The notes: generated by a model from the letters alone, not told the origin. A stretch of 64,000 nucleotides of DNA from an uncultured Gammaproteobacteria bacterium (GCA_964560005.1 CAZLKB010000004.1:76112-140111); one strand, 5' to 3'; positions 43,418 through 52,395 are shown, counted from the stretch's first letter. Program-made: numbers and translations.

Positions 43418-44797
43418 TTAGGCGGATTTCTTCTTTTCAGTCTTGGCCTTTTTTTCCGCGGCCGGTTCGGTTTTTTCCTTATTAACCTTTTTAGCCTTGG
43501 GCTTCTTTTCGACCGAGGTTTTTTCCGGCCCGGGCTTTTTAGCCTTTTTATCTTTTTCGGCCTGGACTGAACCTGTTGAAGCGCCATCTACTTTTGCCTC
43601 GACTTTTTCCTTAGCCATGGTTTTTTCTGCTTTTGCTTGGCCGGTTGCCTGATCTTTCGTGGGCAGGGAAACCGCCAAACCTAAACGATGGTCTCTGGGT
43701 TCAATAGAAACCACGCTGAATTCCTTTTTATCGCCGGCCTTATAAACCTCATTAATTTTCTGTCCGGGCTTAAGCCCTAATTGGCTGATATGCGATAAGC
43801 CGTGGATATCTTTGTCCAGCTCGACGAACAAACCGAAAGGATTAACCTTAAGTATCGTGCCGGCGACGGTCTGCCCGACCTTATATTTTTTCTCCACATT
43901 ATGCCAAGGATCCTGCAGTAATTTTTTGGCGGATAAAAATATCTTTGATCCTTCAATGGAAATAATTTCCGCCTTAATCTTATCGCCGACCTTAAATAGG
44001 TCCGAAGGATCGTCTATTCTTTGCCAAGCCAATTCACTGATATGAATTAAGCCTTCCAAATTTTCGCCAAAACTTAAGAAAACGCCGAAATCGGTTAAAG
44101 CGGCTACGGTGCCTTCAACCAGGCTGCCGACTTTATATTTAGAGATGATATCTTTTTGCTTTTCTTGCCAGGCTTCTTTTTCGCTGACCACCAGTTTTTC
44201 GTCTTTTTCATCTAAAGTCATAACTTTGACTTCAAAATCGGTGCCGACAAAAGATTTTAGCTTGTCCAGAATCTTGCCTTTATCGCCACCGTTGACGCGG
44301 GGGTAATTTTCCGGCGCCAATTGCGAAACCGGTAAAAATCCCTGAATTTGAGCATAGCTGACTAAGAGCCCGCCCTTGTTGGCGTCGTTCACTCTGACTT
44401 TTAAAATTCCCCGGTTATCAAAAGCGTCGATCAAAGTGCTCCAGGCCTTTTGCTGGCCGGCGCTTCTGAATGATAATTCAAGTTCGCCGTTTTCGTTTTC
44501 TTCCTCAATGATGGTAGCCTCAACTTCGTCGCCCGGCTTTAAGTGGGCGTATTCATCAGCCTCGAAATAAAGCTCTCGGCCGCGGACCACTCCGGTAGTT
44601 ATGCCGTCAATATCCAGCTTTACCTCGGCTTTTGAGGCGGATAAGACCGTGCCTTTGACAATGTCGCCGGCTACGGGAATTTTTACATTCTCTTTATCTA
44701 ATAACTTTTGAAACTGCTCGCCGCTGGCTTCGTCGAATTTTATGTCGCCCGGCGCAACCGGTTTATACTTGCTATTGTTTTTTGTTTCTTCTGCCAT
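43418..44797 (-). CDS. rpsA: 30S ribosomal protein S1 (four S1 domains) with a lysine-rich C-terminal tail
   Basis: Repeated S1 motifs 'G.IV.G.V......G..V......G..H.S'. The tail is 'KKAKKPGPEKTSVEKKPKAKKVNKEKTEPAAEKKAKTEKKK'. Confidence 0.85.
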   Translation of the reverse strand: MAEETKNNSKYKPVAPGDIKFDEASGEQFQKLLDKENVKIPVAGDIVKGTVLSASKAEVKLDIDGITTGVVRGRELYFEADEYAHLKPGDEVEATIIEEENENGELELSFRSAGQQKAWSTLIDAFDNRGILKVRVNDANKGGLLVSYAQIQGFLPVSQLAPENYPRVNGGDKGKILDKLKSFVGTDFEVKVMTLDEKDEKLVVSEKEAWQEKQKDIISKYKVGSLVEGTVAALTDFGVFLSFGENLEGLIHISELAWQRIDDPSDLFKVGDKIKAEIISIEGSKIFLSAKKLLQDPWHNVEKKYKVGQTVAGTILKVNPFGLFVELDKDIHGLSHISQLGLKPGQKINEVYKAGDKKEFSVVSIEPRDHRLGLAVSLPTKDQATGQAKAEKTMAKEKVEAKVDGASTGSVQAEKDKKAKKPGPEKTSVEKKPKAKKVNKEKTEPAAEKKAKTEKKKSA

Positions 44798-44815
44798 AGA
44801 ATTAATTGTTAATTA

Positions 44816-45541
44816 TTATTTGTCGTCTTCAAGCACCTCATCCTTCGGTAAAATTCCTTGTTTAGTATAAGGATGTATTTTTCTAATCTCTTGCAACGCT
44901 ATCTTTACAGGCAACTCGCTTGGTTGCGCGGGATAGAACACGCTCGTTGCCGCAGTAAATTTGTCCTGATGTTTTATTAAATACCGCTTAATCCGGGGCC
45001 AATGCTCAAAATCAGAAACTATCACAACTTTATTATCTTTAGAAATTAAACTTTTCGGGAAATCTTCAAACTGGTGATCGGTATGTTCAATATCCCGGGA
45101 TTCGGTTATCTGGATTTTGCTTCCGGGAAATCCATAGTTTTTCATAAGTTCCCCGTTTTTTATGAATTCCTTAAAATAGTCGTTTTGGGCGGCTGATCCG
45201 TTCCAGTAAACCACTGGGCCTTGTTTTTCTATGTCTTCAGGAGTCACCTCGGCTATTTTCTTTCCGCAACGGCGGGCGGTAACGGAGCGGGCCACCTGCA
45301 AGGCAGTTTCAAATCTCCTCTTGGTCATGTTATAATGGACGGCTTTATGACTTTCTTTCGGGCGGGGCGGGGCATTTTCTTCCAATGTCGTCTCCGGTCC
45401 GCTCAATGCCCAAATAACACTCCAATCTTGTTCAGGAATAGGAAGTTTTTGCTTAGCTAGCTCACGGTATTCTTCCACTACTTTGTGACGAGAATCAGTA
45501 TATTCTTGATTAAAATAACCGCTCTCTTGTTCTGGCTTCAT
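44816..45541 (-). CDS. Hypothetical protein, weakly DUF218/YdcF-like
   Basis: 241 aa, ending 18 nt upstream of rpsA, so probably co-transcribed. 'VVIVSDFEHWPRIKRYL' faintly resembles the DUF218 C-terminal motif. Confidence 0.5.
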   Translation of the reverse strand: MKPEQESGYFNQEYTDSRHKVVEEYRELAKQKLPIPEQDWSVIWALSGPETTLEENAPPRPKESHKAVHYNMTKRRFETALQVARSVTARRCGKKIAEVTPEDIEKQGPVVYWNGSAAQNDYFKEFIKNGELMKNYGFPGSKIQITESRDIEHTDHQFEDFPKSLISKDNKVVIVSDFEHWPRIKRYLIKHQDKFTAATSVFYPAQPSELPVKIALQEIRKIHPYTKQGILPKDEVLEDDK

Positions 45542-45637
45542 AATAAAAAAACGCGTCTAACCTCTTGCCGCCGACAGGCGAAAAAAGAAGTCCTTTAGCC
45601 ACCTTATGCTAAAGGTTGAATTATAGGTGTTTTTTTT

Positions 45638-45688
45638 ACCCCGTTAAATCCCAATCAAGATTGGGACGCAAAGCGTATTTAACGGGGT
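45638..45688 (-). promoter_or_regulatory. ~50-nt three-way hairpin element in the leader of the 241-aa-gene/rpsA operon (copy 2)
   Basis: Sense reading ACCCCGTTAAATACGCTTTGCGTCCCAATCTTGATTGGGATTTAACGGGGT. It starts about 8 nt after the predicted TSS. A CCTTTAGC-N8-GCTAAAGG hairpin plus a T-run lies further downstream in the leader. Confidence 0.55.
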
Positions 45689-45702
45689 GAATTTGTTTTA
45701 TT

Positions 45703-45730
45703 ATTATACATTATACCTAAAAAATTGCAA
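45703..45730 (-). promoter_or_regulatory. Sigma70-type promoter, TTGCAA-N16-TATAAT
   Basis: Minus strand TTGCAATTTTTTAGGTATAATGTATAAT. Confidence 0.6.
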
Positions 45731-45757
45731 GTTATCGCGGTTTCCGGCCCCTCTGAA

Positions 45758-45795
45758 ATAAAAACGGCTGGCAATAATGCCAAACCGTTTTTATT
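45758..45795 (-). terminator. Intrinsic terminator after the thioredoxin-like lipoprotein gene
   Basis: Interrupted stem AAACGG..TTGGCA-TTAT-TGCCAG..CCGTTT followed by TTTTAT on the minus strand. Confidence 0.6.
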
Positions 45796-45821
45796 TATAT
45801 TATTGGTTCTAATTTTTATTT

Positions 45822-46793
45822 TTACTGTCCGCAATCGGCCGCCGCCGAGCCGGAGTTGTCCGAGCCGGCGCCAAAACCGGCGGATGGGGAAGCGCTGGAT
45901 AGCTGTTTAGCGCATTCAGACGGCGGCGTATTGAAAGCCGCGCAGATGCCGACTAAATAGCTGGCCGCGTCCCGGCCGGCGTTAGACTGTACCCCGTTAA
46001 TCACTAAGGTCGGACTGCCGGAAACTCCGTAACCGTTGCTAAGATCGGAATCGGTTTTATAATAACCCTTGGCTTTAGCGGCCACGCAGCTGGTCAATTT
46101 CGCCTGGTTAACCCCGGCTTGAGTAACGCATTTGGCGCTATCGCCTTCAATAATAAAGCATTTCAAATAACCGTTATACTTATCCGCCTGCTCTTCTCTG
46201 ATACAAACTTGATTATAGGTTTCCTGCTCTTCTTTGTCCCCGTGCATAAAATAATGGACGAATCTGATTTTAGCGTCAATCTTATTGCCTAGCGCTTCGT
46301 AAGCGGGGATAATCCCCTTTTCCGCTTGAAGCCCATAAGGACAATAAGTCATAACGAATAATTCAACTTTCGGCTTATCGGTTTTAGGCACCGTGGTATT
46401 TTGATTTTGCGTGTCGGCGGAGGCTTCATTATCGGCCGCGGCTTTGGCGTCAGCGGTCTCTTGGGCGAACTTCACCATATCAATGCCGCTTTGAAAAAAT
46501 TTCTCGCCGTCTTTGGTCATATACGAAGTGTATTCCTGGCCGTTAACCTCTAAATTGATGTTATAAACATCGCCCTCTAAAGTAGCGCTCTTAATCGTAG
46601 CCGTAACGCCGGTTGACAATAAATTATCGTTAATAAATTTTTCCGATACCGCCTTAGCCTCTTCCGGGCTAAGAATCTTCTTGGCATTATCATCAAGCTT
46701 AACCAGCGGAATAGAACAGCCGCTAACCAGCAGGGCTAACAGCAAGCTTAGGATAATTATTTTATTTTTCCCGTTAGATCTTGTATTCGTCAT
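45822..46793 (-). CDS. Thioredoxin/glutaredoxin-fold lipoprotein
   Basis: Lipobox 'LLVSGCS'. 'VELFVMTYCPYGLQAE' (CPYG redox motif) and 'GVSGSPTLVINGV'. Confidence 0.65.
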   Translation of the reverse strand: MTNTRSNGKNKIIILSLLLALLVSGCSIPLVKLDDNAKKILSPEEAKAVSEKFINDNLLSTGVTATIKSATLEGDVYNINLEVNGQEYTSYMTKDGEKFFQSGIDMVKFAQETADAKAAADNEASADTQNQNTTVPKTDKPKVELFVMTYCPYGLQAEKGIIPAYEALGNKIDAKIRFVHYFMHGDKEEQETYNQVCIREEQADKYNGYLKCFIIEGDSAKCVTQAGVNQAKLTSCVAAKAKGYYKTDSDLSNGYGVSGSPTLVINGVQSNAGRDAASYLVGICAAFNTPPSECAKQLSSASPSAGFGAGSDNSGSAAADCGQ

Positions 46794-46965
46794 ATTTTTG
46801 TCTAACCCCGCGGATAAGAATATCTGGCGGGATTCGTGTTTGAGTAAGTTAATTATTATTTATATAGACTATCAGATTTTTTTTAACAAGTCAAAAATAA
46901 TCTTTCATTTTCAGGCGTTCTGAATTATTTATATAATTATTGCGCACTTTTTTAACCCGTACTTG

Positions 46966-47364
46966 CTATTTATTCAAATTAGTAATGGTTAATTGCAGAA
47001 TAGTGGCGAACGCCACCCATAAAAAATATGGAATATTGGCGTAAACTACCCGACGAGCGTGCGGCCAAACCGCCGCCAAAGCCCAAATAAGCGTTGCCAG
47101 CACCAGCACTATATCAATCGCCGCCAAAATATTGCTTCTAAGCCCGAATTGCAAAGGTGTAAAAATAAAATTAAAAATCAGGTTTAAGGCGAATGGCAGA
47201 GCGACAATCCAGGGCAATTTTCCGGTAAACGCCTTATAGAACACGGTGCCGTAACTCACGAAGATTAAAATATACAGGATTGTCCAAACCGGACCGAAAA
47301 GCCAGCTGGGCGGCGCCCAGGAAGGCTTAATCAGGCTTTGATACCAATCGTAAGCGTTGTTCAT
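46966..47364 (-). CDS. tspO: TspO/MBR family tryptophan-rich sensory protein (short form)
   Basis: 'WYQSLIKPSWAPPSWLFGPVWTILYILI'. 132 aa with four hydrophobic helices. Confidence 0.75.
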   Translation of the reverse strand: MNNAYDWYQSLIKPSWAPPSWLFGPVWTILYILIFVSYGTVFYKAFTGKLPWIVALPFALNLIFNFIFTPLQFGLRSNILAAIDIVLVLATLIWALAAVWPHARRVVYANIPYFLWVAFATILQLTITNLNK

Positions 47365-47396
47365 AATTATATTTAATTATGCTAATTAATTATAGT

Positions 47397-47521
47397 AGTC
47401 TTGGTAAAATTTATTTATTTTTGAAGCGAGGCTTCGTCGTGAGCTCAGCCGAACGGATTGACCGGCTGGCACATAATGAATTTGATCCGCAGCGAAAAAA
47501 TAAATAAATTTTACCAAGACT
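47397..47521. repeat. 125-bp MITE-like element with perfect 26-bp terminal inverted repeats
   Basis: AGTCTTGGTAAAATTTATTTATTTTT (47397-47422) pairs with AAAAATAAATAAATTTTACCAAGACT (47496-47521). Together they enclose a 73-bp GC-richer core. Confidence 0.85.
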
Positions 47522-47585
47522 TAACGGCTAACCAGCACAATCCATATTTAATTATTAATATAACTAAATATCATTAAGGCTCGAA

Positions 47586-48386
47586 TTACTCGGCGCTGAA
47601 CCTTGAAAGCTGGCCGTTTTTTAAATTTCGCCGATAAATCATGATTAGAAAAATATACATCGCCGCCAGATAAAGCATAGCCAGGACGGCGCCAATAATT
47701 AGATTGGCTAAGAGACCGGGGTCGTGGACGCCGCCGCTTAAAGCGCGCAGACTGTCAAAAACATAAGTGGCCGGGAGAATTTTAGAGACGACTTGAAGCG
47801 GCGCCGGCAAGGTATCCACCGGATAAAACACGCCGACGAAAACCGACATGGCGAAAGGAATAGGCCAGCCCAGCCATTCGGCCGACGGGCCGAAGCGTAA
47901 AATTATGGCCGTCATAAATATTCCCATGGCTACGGCAAAAATAAAAAGTATCATCAAAAAGAGTATGATCAGCAAGCCGATTGTAAAAACATTATAACCA
48001 AAGGCCAGACCGGCCAAGAGAACCATGGCTAAGAAGCCGACCAAGCCGGTAGCCAGGCTGGTTGCCACCAGGCCGGCGACATACTCTTTAACCTCTAGGG
48101 GCGAGGTAAAAAAATTAATAAAATTCTGGGTCCAGATATCTTCTAAAAATGCGGTCATCACACCCTGCATGATCCGGCCTAAAAAATCCCATAAAATAAT
48201 CGCGCCCAAAACCACATTAACGAAGCTGAAAGTCGCGGCGCCGAAAGTGCTTAAGTACTTGCTGATAAAGCCCCAAAGGATGATATCTAGAAACATCCAT
48301 AAAAAAACCGCGATCAAGCGCACCGGGTTGCCCTTTAATAAAAATATCTGGCGGATAAAAATGGCGTAAATTCTGGTTAAGCTCAT
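47586..48386 (-). CDS. ABC-2 type transporter permease
   Basis: 266 aa with six TM helices and typical ABC-2 topology. It pairs with the ATPase gene upstream. Confidence 0.75.
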   Translation of the reverse strand: MSLTRIYAIFIRQIFLLKGNPVRLIAVFLWMFLDIILWGFISKYLSTFGAATFSFVNVVLGAIILWDFLGRIMQGVMTAFLEDIWTQNFINFFTSPLEVKEYVAGLVATSLATGLVGFLAMVLLAGLAFGYNVFTIGLLIILFLMILFIFAVAMGIFMTAIILRFGPSAEWLGWPIPFAMSVFVGVFYPVDTLPAPLQVVSKILPATYVFDSLRALSGGVHDPGLLANLIIGAVLAMLYLAAMYIFLIMIYRRNLKNGQLSRFSAE

Positions 48387-48464
48387 ATATAAGGTTATTT
48401 AATAATTTTTTGTACCAAGATAACGTCTAAAATTTAACCGATCATTAATGTTAAAACTAATTCT

Positions 48465-48604
48465 AATTTTCAATTCTCAATTTTCAATTTTCAAACAATG
48501 ACCAATGAATCAATGACTAAATTCTCAAACAGAAATGCTATTTATTAATTGAAAATTATGACATTGAAAATTCATTGAAAATTGGTACTTGAAAATTGAA
48601 AATT
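48465..48604. repeat. 140-bp family B palindromic element, dispersed copy 2 (between the ABC ATPase and permease genes)
   Basis: See 25865-26004. Confidence 0.9.
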
Positions 48605-48659
48605 CTGCTTTTTCGATAGGTAATATATTCAATCTTAATCTATCGCTTTATAAAAATGA

Positions 48660-49406
48660 TTATTTGTTAAAGGTTAACGGCTCCCGCGCCACGGCGATGA
48701 ACAATTCTTCCAAATCCTTTTTACCGTGCTCGGCCGGCAAGGTTTTAGGATCGCCCGATAATAAAATTTTACCATGCGACATAAATAGCACCCGATGACA
48801 GACATCCGTAATCTCCGCCATATTATGCGAAGTCCAAAGTACGGCTGAACCGGTCTCCCGAGCGTAATTTTTTATTTTCTGCCTGACCAGCTGGGCAATA
48901 CTCGGATCTAATGAAGCGGTTGGTTCGTCCAATAGCAATAAATAGGGCTGATTAATCACGGCTTTGGCTAAATTAAGGCGGCTGGTTTCGCCGGAAGATA
49001 AAAGTCCGACCTTGGTTTTGGCAAATTTTTCCAGCTCAAAATCATGTAATAGAACATTGATTCTCTTTTTCAAATCTTTAACGCCGTAGAGCAGGCCGAA
49101 GACATAGAGATTTTGCCTGACTGTTAAGTTGCCGGGCAGATGCGCGTAGACCGCGGCGAAATTGGTCCGCCGGCTCGCCTCGCAATGTTTAGTTTTAATA
49201 TTATTGCACAGAATTTCAATTAATCCGGCGCTGGGCTCCAGGATTCCCAAAACCATATTAATGGTCGTGGTTTTGCCCGCGCCGTTAGGCCCTAAGAGGC
49301 CGACGATTTCTCCGGCTTTGACCGAAAATGAAATATTATTAACGGCTTTTACATCCTTGTATTGCTTTGACAGGTTGCTGATTTTTAAAACTATTTCTTC
49401 GGACAT
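48660..49406 (-). CDS. ABC transporter ATP-binding protein
   Basis: Walker A 'GPNGAGKTT', signature 'LSSGETSRL', Walker B 'LLLLDEPT'. Confidence 0.9.
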   Translation of the reverse strand: MSEEIVLKISNLSKQYKDVKAVNNISFSVKAGEIVGLLGPNGAGKTTTINMVLGILEPSAGLIEILCNNIKTKHCEASRRTNFAAVYAHLPGNLTVRQNLYVFGLLYGVKDLKKRINVLLHDFELEKFAKTKVGLLSSGETSRLNLAKAVINQPYLLLLDEPTASLDPSIAQLVRQKIKNYARETGSAVLWTSHNMAEITDVCHRVLFMSHGKILLSGDPKTLPAEHGKKDLEELFIAVAREPLTFNK

Positions 49407-49411
49407 AACTT

Positions 49412-49915
49412 TTATCTTTGAAGCAAATTGTTATTATTCTCGCTATCAACGCACAGTGGCACCATCTCTCTTGGCATGCCGTATTTGTCGGTAGCTGCGC
49501 AAGGAATAATGCCATTGCCGTCAAAAGCTAATTCCCATCCTTGTTCCGTTTTGGCGGCAAACCACAACCCGCCGGCCGTTGCTTCAGCAAATCTAACCGA
49601 ACCGCTGGCAAAATCGGCAATTTCTTTTTCAACCTTAACCGTAACGGTTTGTGCATATTTAGGATATTTGATCGCAAATAATTTTTGAATCGCTTGGCTG
49701 GTTGATTCTTCGTTGTTATTAATTTCTTCAACAAAGGTTTGCCCGTTCGCCCGGCACTGGCGCGGATAGCTTTCCATCACCGGGTTGCCTAGGGCGGCGC
49801 ATTCCGTGAAATTAGATACTTGCTTTGGCGCCGGCTTAAAATACTTCTGCCATAATATATCGCCGGCTAAAAAAACAATAACGATGATAATAACGCCGAT
49901 TAATGTTTTTTTCAT
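49412..49915 (-). CDS. Hypothetical secreted or anchored protein
   Basis: 167 aa with an N-terminal TM/signal sequence. It ends 5 nt upstream of the ABC ATPase start. Confidence 0.5.
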   Translation of the reverse strand: MKKTLIGVIIIVIVFLAGDILWQKYFKPAPKQVSNFTECAALGNPVMESYPRQCRANGQTFVEEINNNEESTSQAIQKLFAIKYPKYAQTVTVKVEKEIADFASGSVRFAEATAGGLWFAAKTEQGWELAFDGNGIIPCAATDKYGMPREMVPLCVDSENNNNLLQR

Positions 49916-50035
49916 AAAATTGTCTGTTAGATAGCTTAATATTACTCAAATTCTACCATAAATTAAATATGAAATCAACTTTAAATAGCCGTAACTTTAA
50001 GCCACGCCTGCTCGGACAAAAAATGCCAATTTCTT

Positions 50036-50064
50036 TTGACACTTTAGTGATATTCCTCTAATAT
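50036..50064 (+). promoter_or_regulatory. Consensus-like promoter TTGACA-N17-TAATAT ending 8 nt before the proS ATG
   Basis: TTGACA at 50036-50041, TAATAT at 50059-50064, ATG at 50073. There is no Shine-Dalgarno sequence. This implies a leaderless or near-leaderless mRNA. Confidence 0.65.
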
Positions 50065-50072
50065 TAAGTTAT

Positions 50073-51302
50073 ATGAAACAATCTCAACTTTTTACCAAAA
50101 CCGAACGCTTCGCTCCTAAAGACGAGGAGACCATCAATGCCCGGCTATTAACCAGAGCCGGCTTTATAGAGAAACTCATGGCTGGCGTCTATAATTACCT
50201 GCCCTTAGGCCTCTTAACCTTGAGAAAAATTGAGCAGGTGGTCAGAGAGGAAATGGACAATATCGGCGGACAGGAAATTCTCATGCCCATGTTGCATCCT
50301 AAAGAGAACTGGGAAACTACCGGGGGCTGGAATAGTATTGAGGTGCTGTTTAAAATCAAGAGCCGAACCGAAAAAGAATACGCCCTGGGTCAAAGCGAAG
50401 AAGAAGTAGTTACGCCTCTGGTTATGCGCCGGGTGCGAAACGAAAAAGACCTGCCGCTCTCGGTCTACCAAATTCATTGGAAATTCCGCGACGAATTAAG
50501 GGCTAAATCAGGACTTTTGCGCGGACGGGAATTTTTCATGAAAGATATGTATAGTTTTCACGCCGACCAGGCGGATTTTGACAGATTTTACGAAATTGCC
50601 AAACAGGCCTACTTAAAAATTTTTGAGCGTCTCGGCTTGACCGCAAAAGTGACCGAGGCTTCGGGCGGAAGTTTCAGTAAAAAAATATCTTATGAATTCA
50701 TGGTGCTTACGGACGCTGGCGAAGACGATATTTTATACTGCGACAAGTGCGTTTTTTGCGTTAATCAGGAAATCGCCGAACAGAAAGAAAACGACGCCTG
50801 TCCTAAATGTAAAAAAGGTAAATTACACCGCGCCAAGGCTTCCGAGGTAGGTAATGTTTTTGACTTGGGTCAAAAATACGGTAAAGATTTTAACCTAGGA
50901 TTTAAAGATAAGGACGGAACTAAAAAATATCCAGTCATGGGCTGCTACGGCATCGGCATCTCCCGCCTGATGGGCGTGATCGTGGAAAAGATGCACGACG
51001 AAAAGGGCATCATCTGGCCGGAGACGATCGCGCCATTTAAGGTTCATCTTCTATCATTAAACCAAGATGCGACAGCGGAAAAAATTTATAATGATTTAAT
51101 AAAAAACAACATTGAAGTACTATACGACGACCGCGACATTCGTCCGGGGGAAAAATTCGCGGACGCGGATTTAATCGGCCTGCCTCTCCGCTTAGTGGTC
51201 AGCGAAAAGTCTTTGCGTGCCGGCGGGGTGGAGTTAAAAAAGAGAAATGAGAGTAAGAGTGAGATTGTGAAAGAAGAGGAGGTTGTGAAGAGATTGAAAT
51301 AA
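50073..51302 (+). CDS. proS: Prolyl-tRNA synthetase, short form lacking the INS editing domain
   Basis: 'RLLTRAGFIEKLMAGVYNYLPLGL', class II motifs 'FRDELRAKSGLLRGREF' and 'GCYGIGISR', and an anticodon-binding C-terminus. A Cys-rich segment 'CDKCVFC...CPKCKKG' sits where INS would be. Confidence 0.85.
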   Translation: MKQSQLFTKTERFAPKDEETINARLLTRAGFIEKLMAGVYNYLPLGLLTLRKIEQVVREEMDNIGGQEILMPMLHPKENWETTGGWNSIEVLFKIKSRTEKEYALGQSEEEVVTPLVMRRVRNEKDLPLSVYQIHWKFRDELRAKSGLLRGREFFMKDMYSFHADQADFDRFYEIAKQAYLKIFERLGLTAKVTEASGGSFSKKISYEFMVLTDAGEDDILYCDKCVFCVNQEIAEQKENDACPKCKKGKLHRAKASEVGNVFDLGQKYGKDFNLGFKDKDGTKKYPVMGCYGIGISRLMGVIVEKMHDEKGIIWPETIAPFKVHLLSLNQDATAEKIYNDLIKNNIEVLYDDRDIRPGEKFADADLIGLPLRLVVSEKSLRAGGVELKKRNESKSEIVKEEEVVKRLK

Positions 51303-51315
51303 ATTTAGATTCCAT

Positions 51316-51348
51316 AAAAAGACGAGGCCTTAAAGCCTCGTCTTTTTT
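51316..51348 (+). terminator. Intrinsic terminator after proS
   Basis: GACGAGGC-CTTAAA-GCCTCGTC followed by TTTTTT. Confidence 0.85.
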
Positions 51349-51354
51349 GATATT

Positions 51355-51454
51355 GTCATTCCCGCGTAGGCGGGAATCCATAATTGTGACCCGAGTTATA
51401 TTTCTGGATTCTCTGGTTTCCTGCCTACCGGTAGGCAGGAAACCAGAGAATGAC
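51355..51454. repeat. GTCATTCC...GAATGAC GC-rich composite hairpin element
   Basis: GTCATTCCCGC-GTAG-GCGGGAAT and CTCTGGTTTCCTGCCTACCGGTAGGCAGGAAACCAGAG hairpins. Confidence 0.8.
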
Positions 51455-51515
51455 AACAAATAGATTATATTTTATTGACAAAACCTAGTTGTTGGCGGTA
51501 AGGTTAATATAGAAA

Positions 51516-51634
51516 AACCTTGACTATACCGTTAGATGCGAGCCCTTTCAGGGTGGTTGCATGACGGCGCAAGGTTTAACAAAACAACCAAAGACCCGGA
51601 TGCGTGCTTATAGCGGTCGCGTGGGTCGAAGGAG
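51516..51634 (+). promoter_or_regulatory. Structured 5' leader plus canonical Shine-Dalgarno site of the orphan gene
   Basis: Nested hairpin AACCTTG..CCGT..ATGC..CCCT-TTC-AGGG..GCAT..ACGG..CAAGGTT (51516-51576). A second stem GACCC(51593)...GGGTC(51627) abuts GAAGGAG (51628-51634). Confidence 0.4.
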
Positions 51635-51639
51635 ACATA

Positions 51640-52395
51640 ATGAATCATATACAGTTCACGGATCTGCCCCATAAGGTGGGCAATGATAACATCCTCTTAT
51701 TCCAGCCGGAAACAACGGTTAAAGCTGGAATATACTCTTGTCCCGGACGAGAGTGCATGGAGAGAGCGTTTACCGATACGGTAAAATTAACTGGCCTAAT
51801 CCACGTTTGCTCGGTAAGTTGTTCTAGCGCGAATGATGAGATTGGAGGGCCATACGGGCTGGATAAATGCGGTGGGAATTTAATTCTCAAACCCGTTCGT
51901 TCAGTTAAATTACTACGGCGATGCAAGCCTGAAACCGAAATTGCACTGACATGTTCAAACCCAAAGTGCAATATGGCTGTCACCTCTTCGGACTATCCCT
52001 CCAAACCAGATCTTTCAAATCTACTACTGCATCTGGCGTTCAAGCAGATGGTACCAGGCCTGCCCATTGCGAACTACTTCGATTGCAGCAAAAAAATGAA
52101 CGATCATCGTCTGCGGCTAGGTCTTGGAGATGCAATCCGAGCACTCGGATTAATCGCCTTTGCTTCAGAAACTCTCTGGGGATTCGTGGACAACGAATTT
52201 TTCGGCCGTCACTTAGTCACCCAACGTTTTGGCCTCGGATTTATGTTTGCTCCTGACATGCAAACCGCTGACGAATGCGGAGGTTACGACGCCTGGCTTA
52301 AATTCCTCGTTGAAAAAAAATTTGAGAGCCTGAAAGCCGCGCACCGGTGGTTCGCGCCTTTCTTGCTCGGACCTAAGCCGTTCCAAAGAAAATAG
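51640..52395 (+). CDS. Orphan Cys-containing hypothetical protein, compositionally atypical
   Basis: The ATG at 51640 follows GAAGGAGACATA. The ORF-track start at 51604 is a GTG upstream of the SD site. It has 252 aa with 'CPGRECM', 'CSVSC' and 'CSNPKC', and is GC-richer than its surroundings. Confidence 0.55.
   Translation: MNHIQFTDLPHKVGNDNILLFQPETTVKAGIYSCPGRECMERAFTDTVKLTGLIHVCSVSCSSANDEIGGPYGLDKCGGNLILKPVRSVKLLRRCKPETEIALTCSNPKCNMAVTSSDYPSKPDLSNLLLHLAFKQMVPGLPIANYFDCSKKMNDHRLRLGLGDAIRALGLIAFASETLWGFVDNEFFGRHLVTQRFGLGFMFAPDMQTADECGGYDAWLKFLVEKKFESLKAAHRWFAPFLLGPKPFQRK

Noticed and set aside
43375-43587. A Lys/Arg/Pro-rich 70-aa ORF overlapping the rpsA 3' end.
   Set aside because: It lies on the same strand as rpsA but in a different frame within the lysine-rich tail region. 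Its composition is a frame-shifted echo of the AAG/AAA-rich sequence, and it has no independent start signals.
51516-51634. Identifying the orphan-gene leader as a known riboswitch (c-di-GMP GEMM-like 'GACGGCGCAAGG').
   Set aside because: Only a short, partial resemblance to the GEMM-I 'ACGCAAAGCC' core is present. The other conserved positions and the tetraloop-receptor architecture are not present. I kept it only as an unclassified structured leader.
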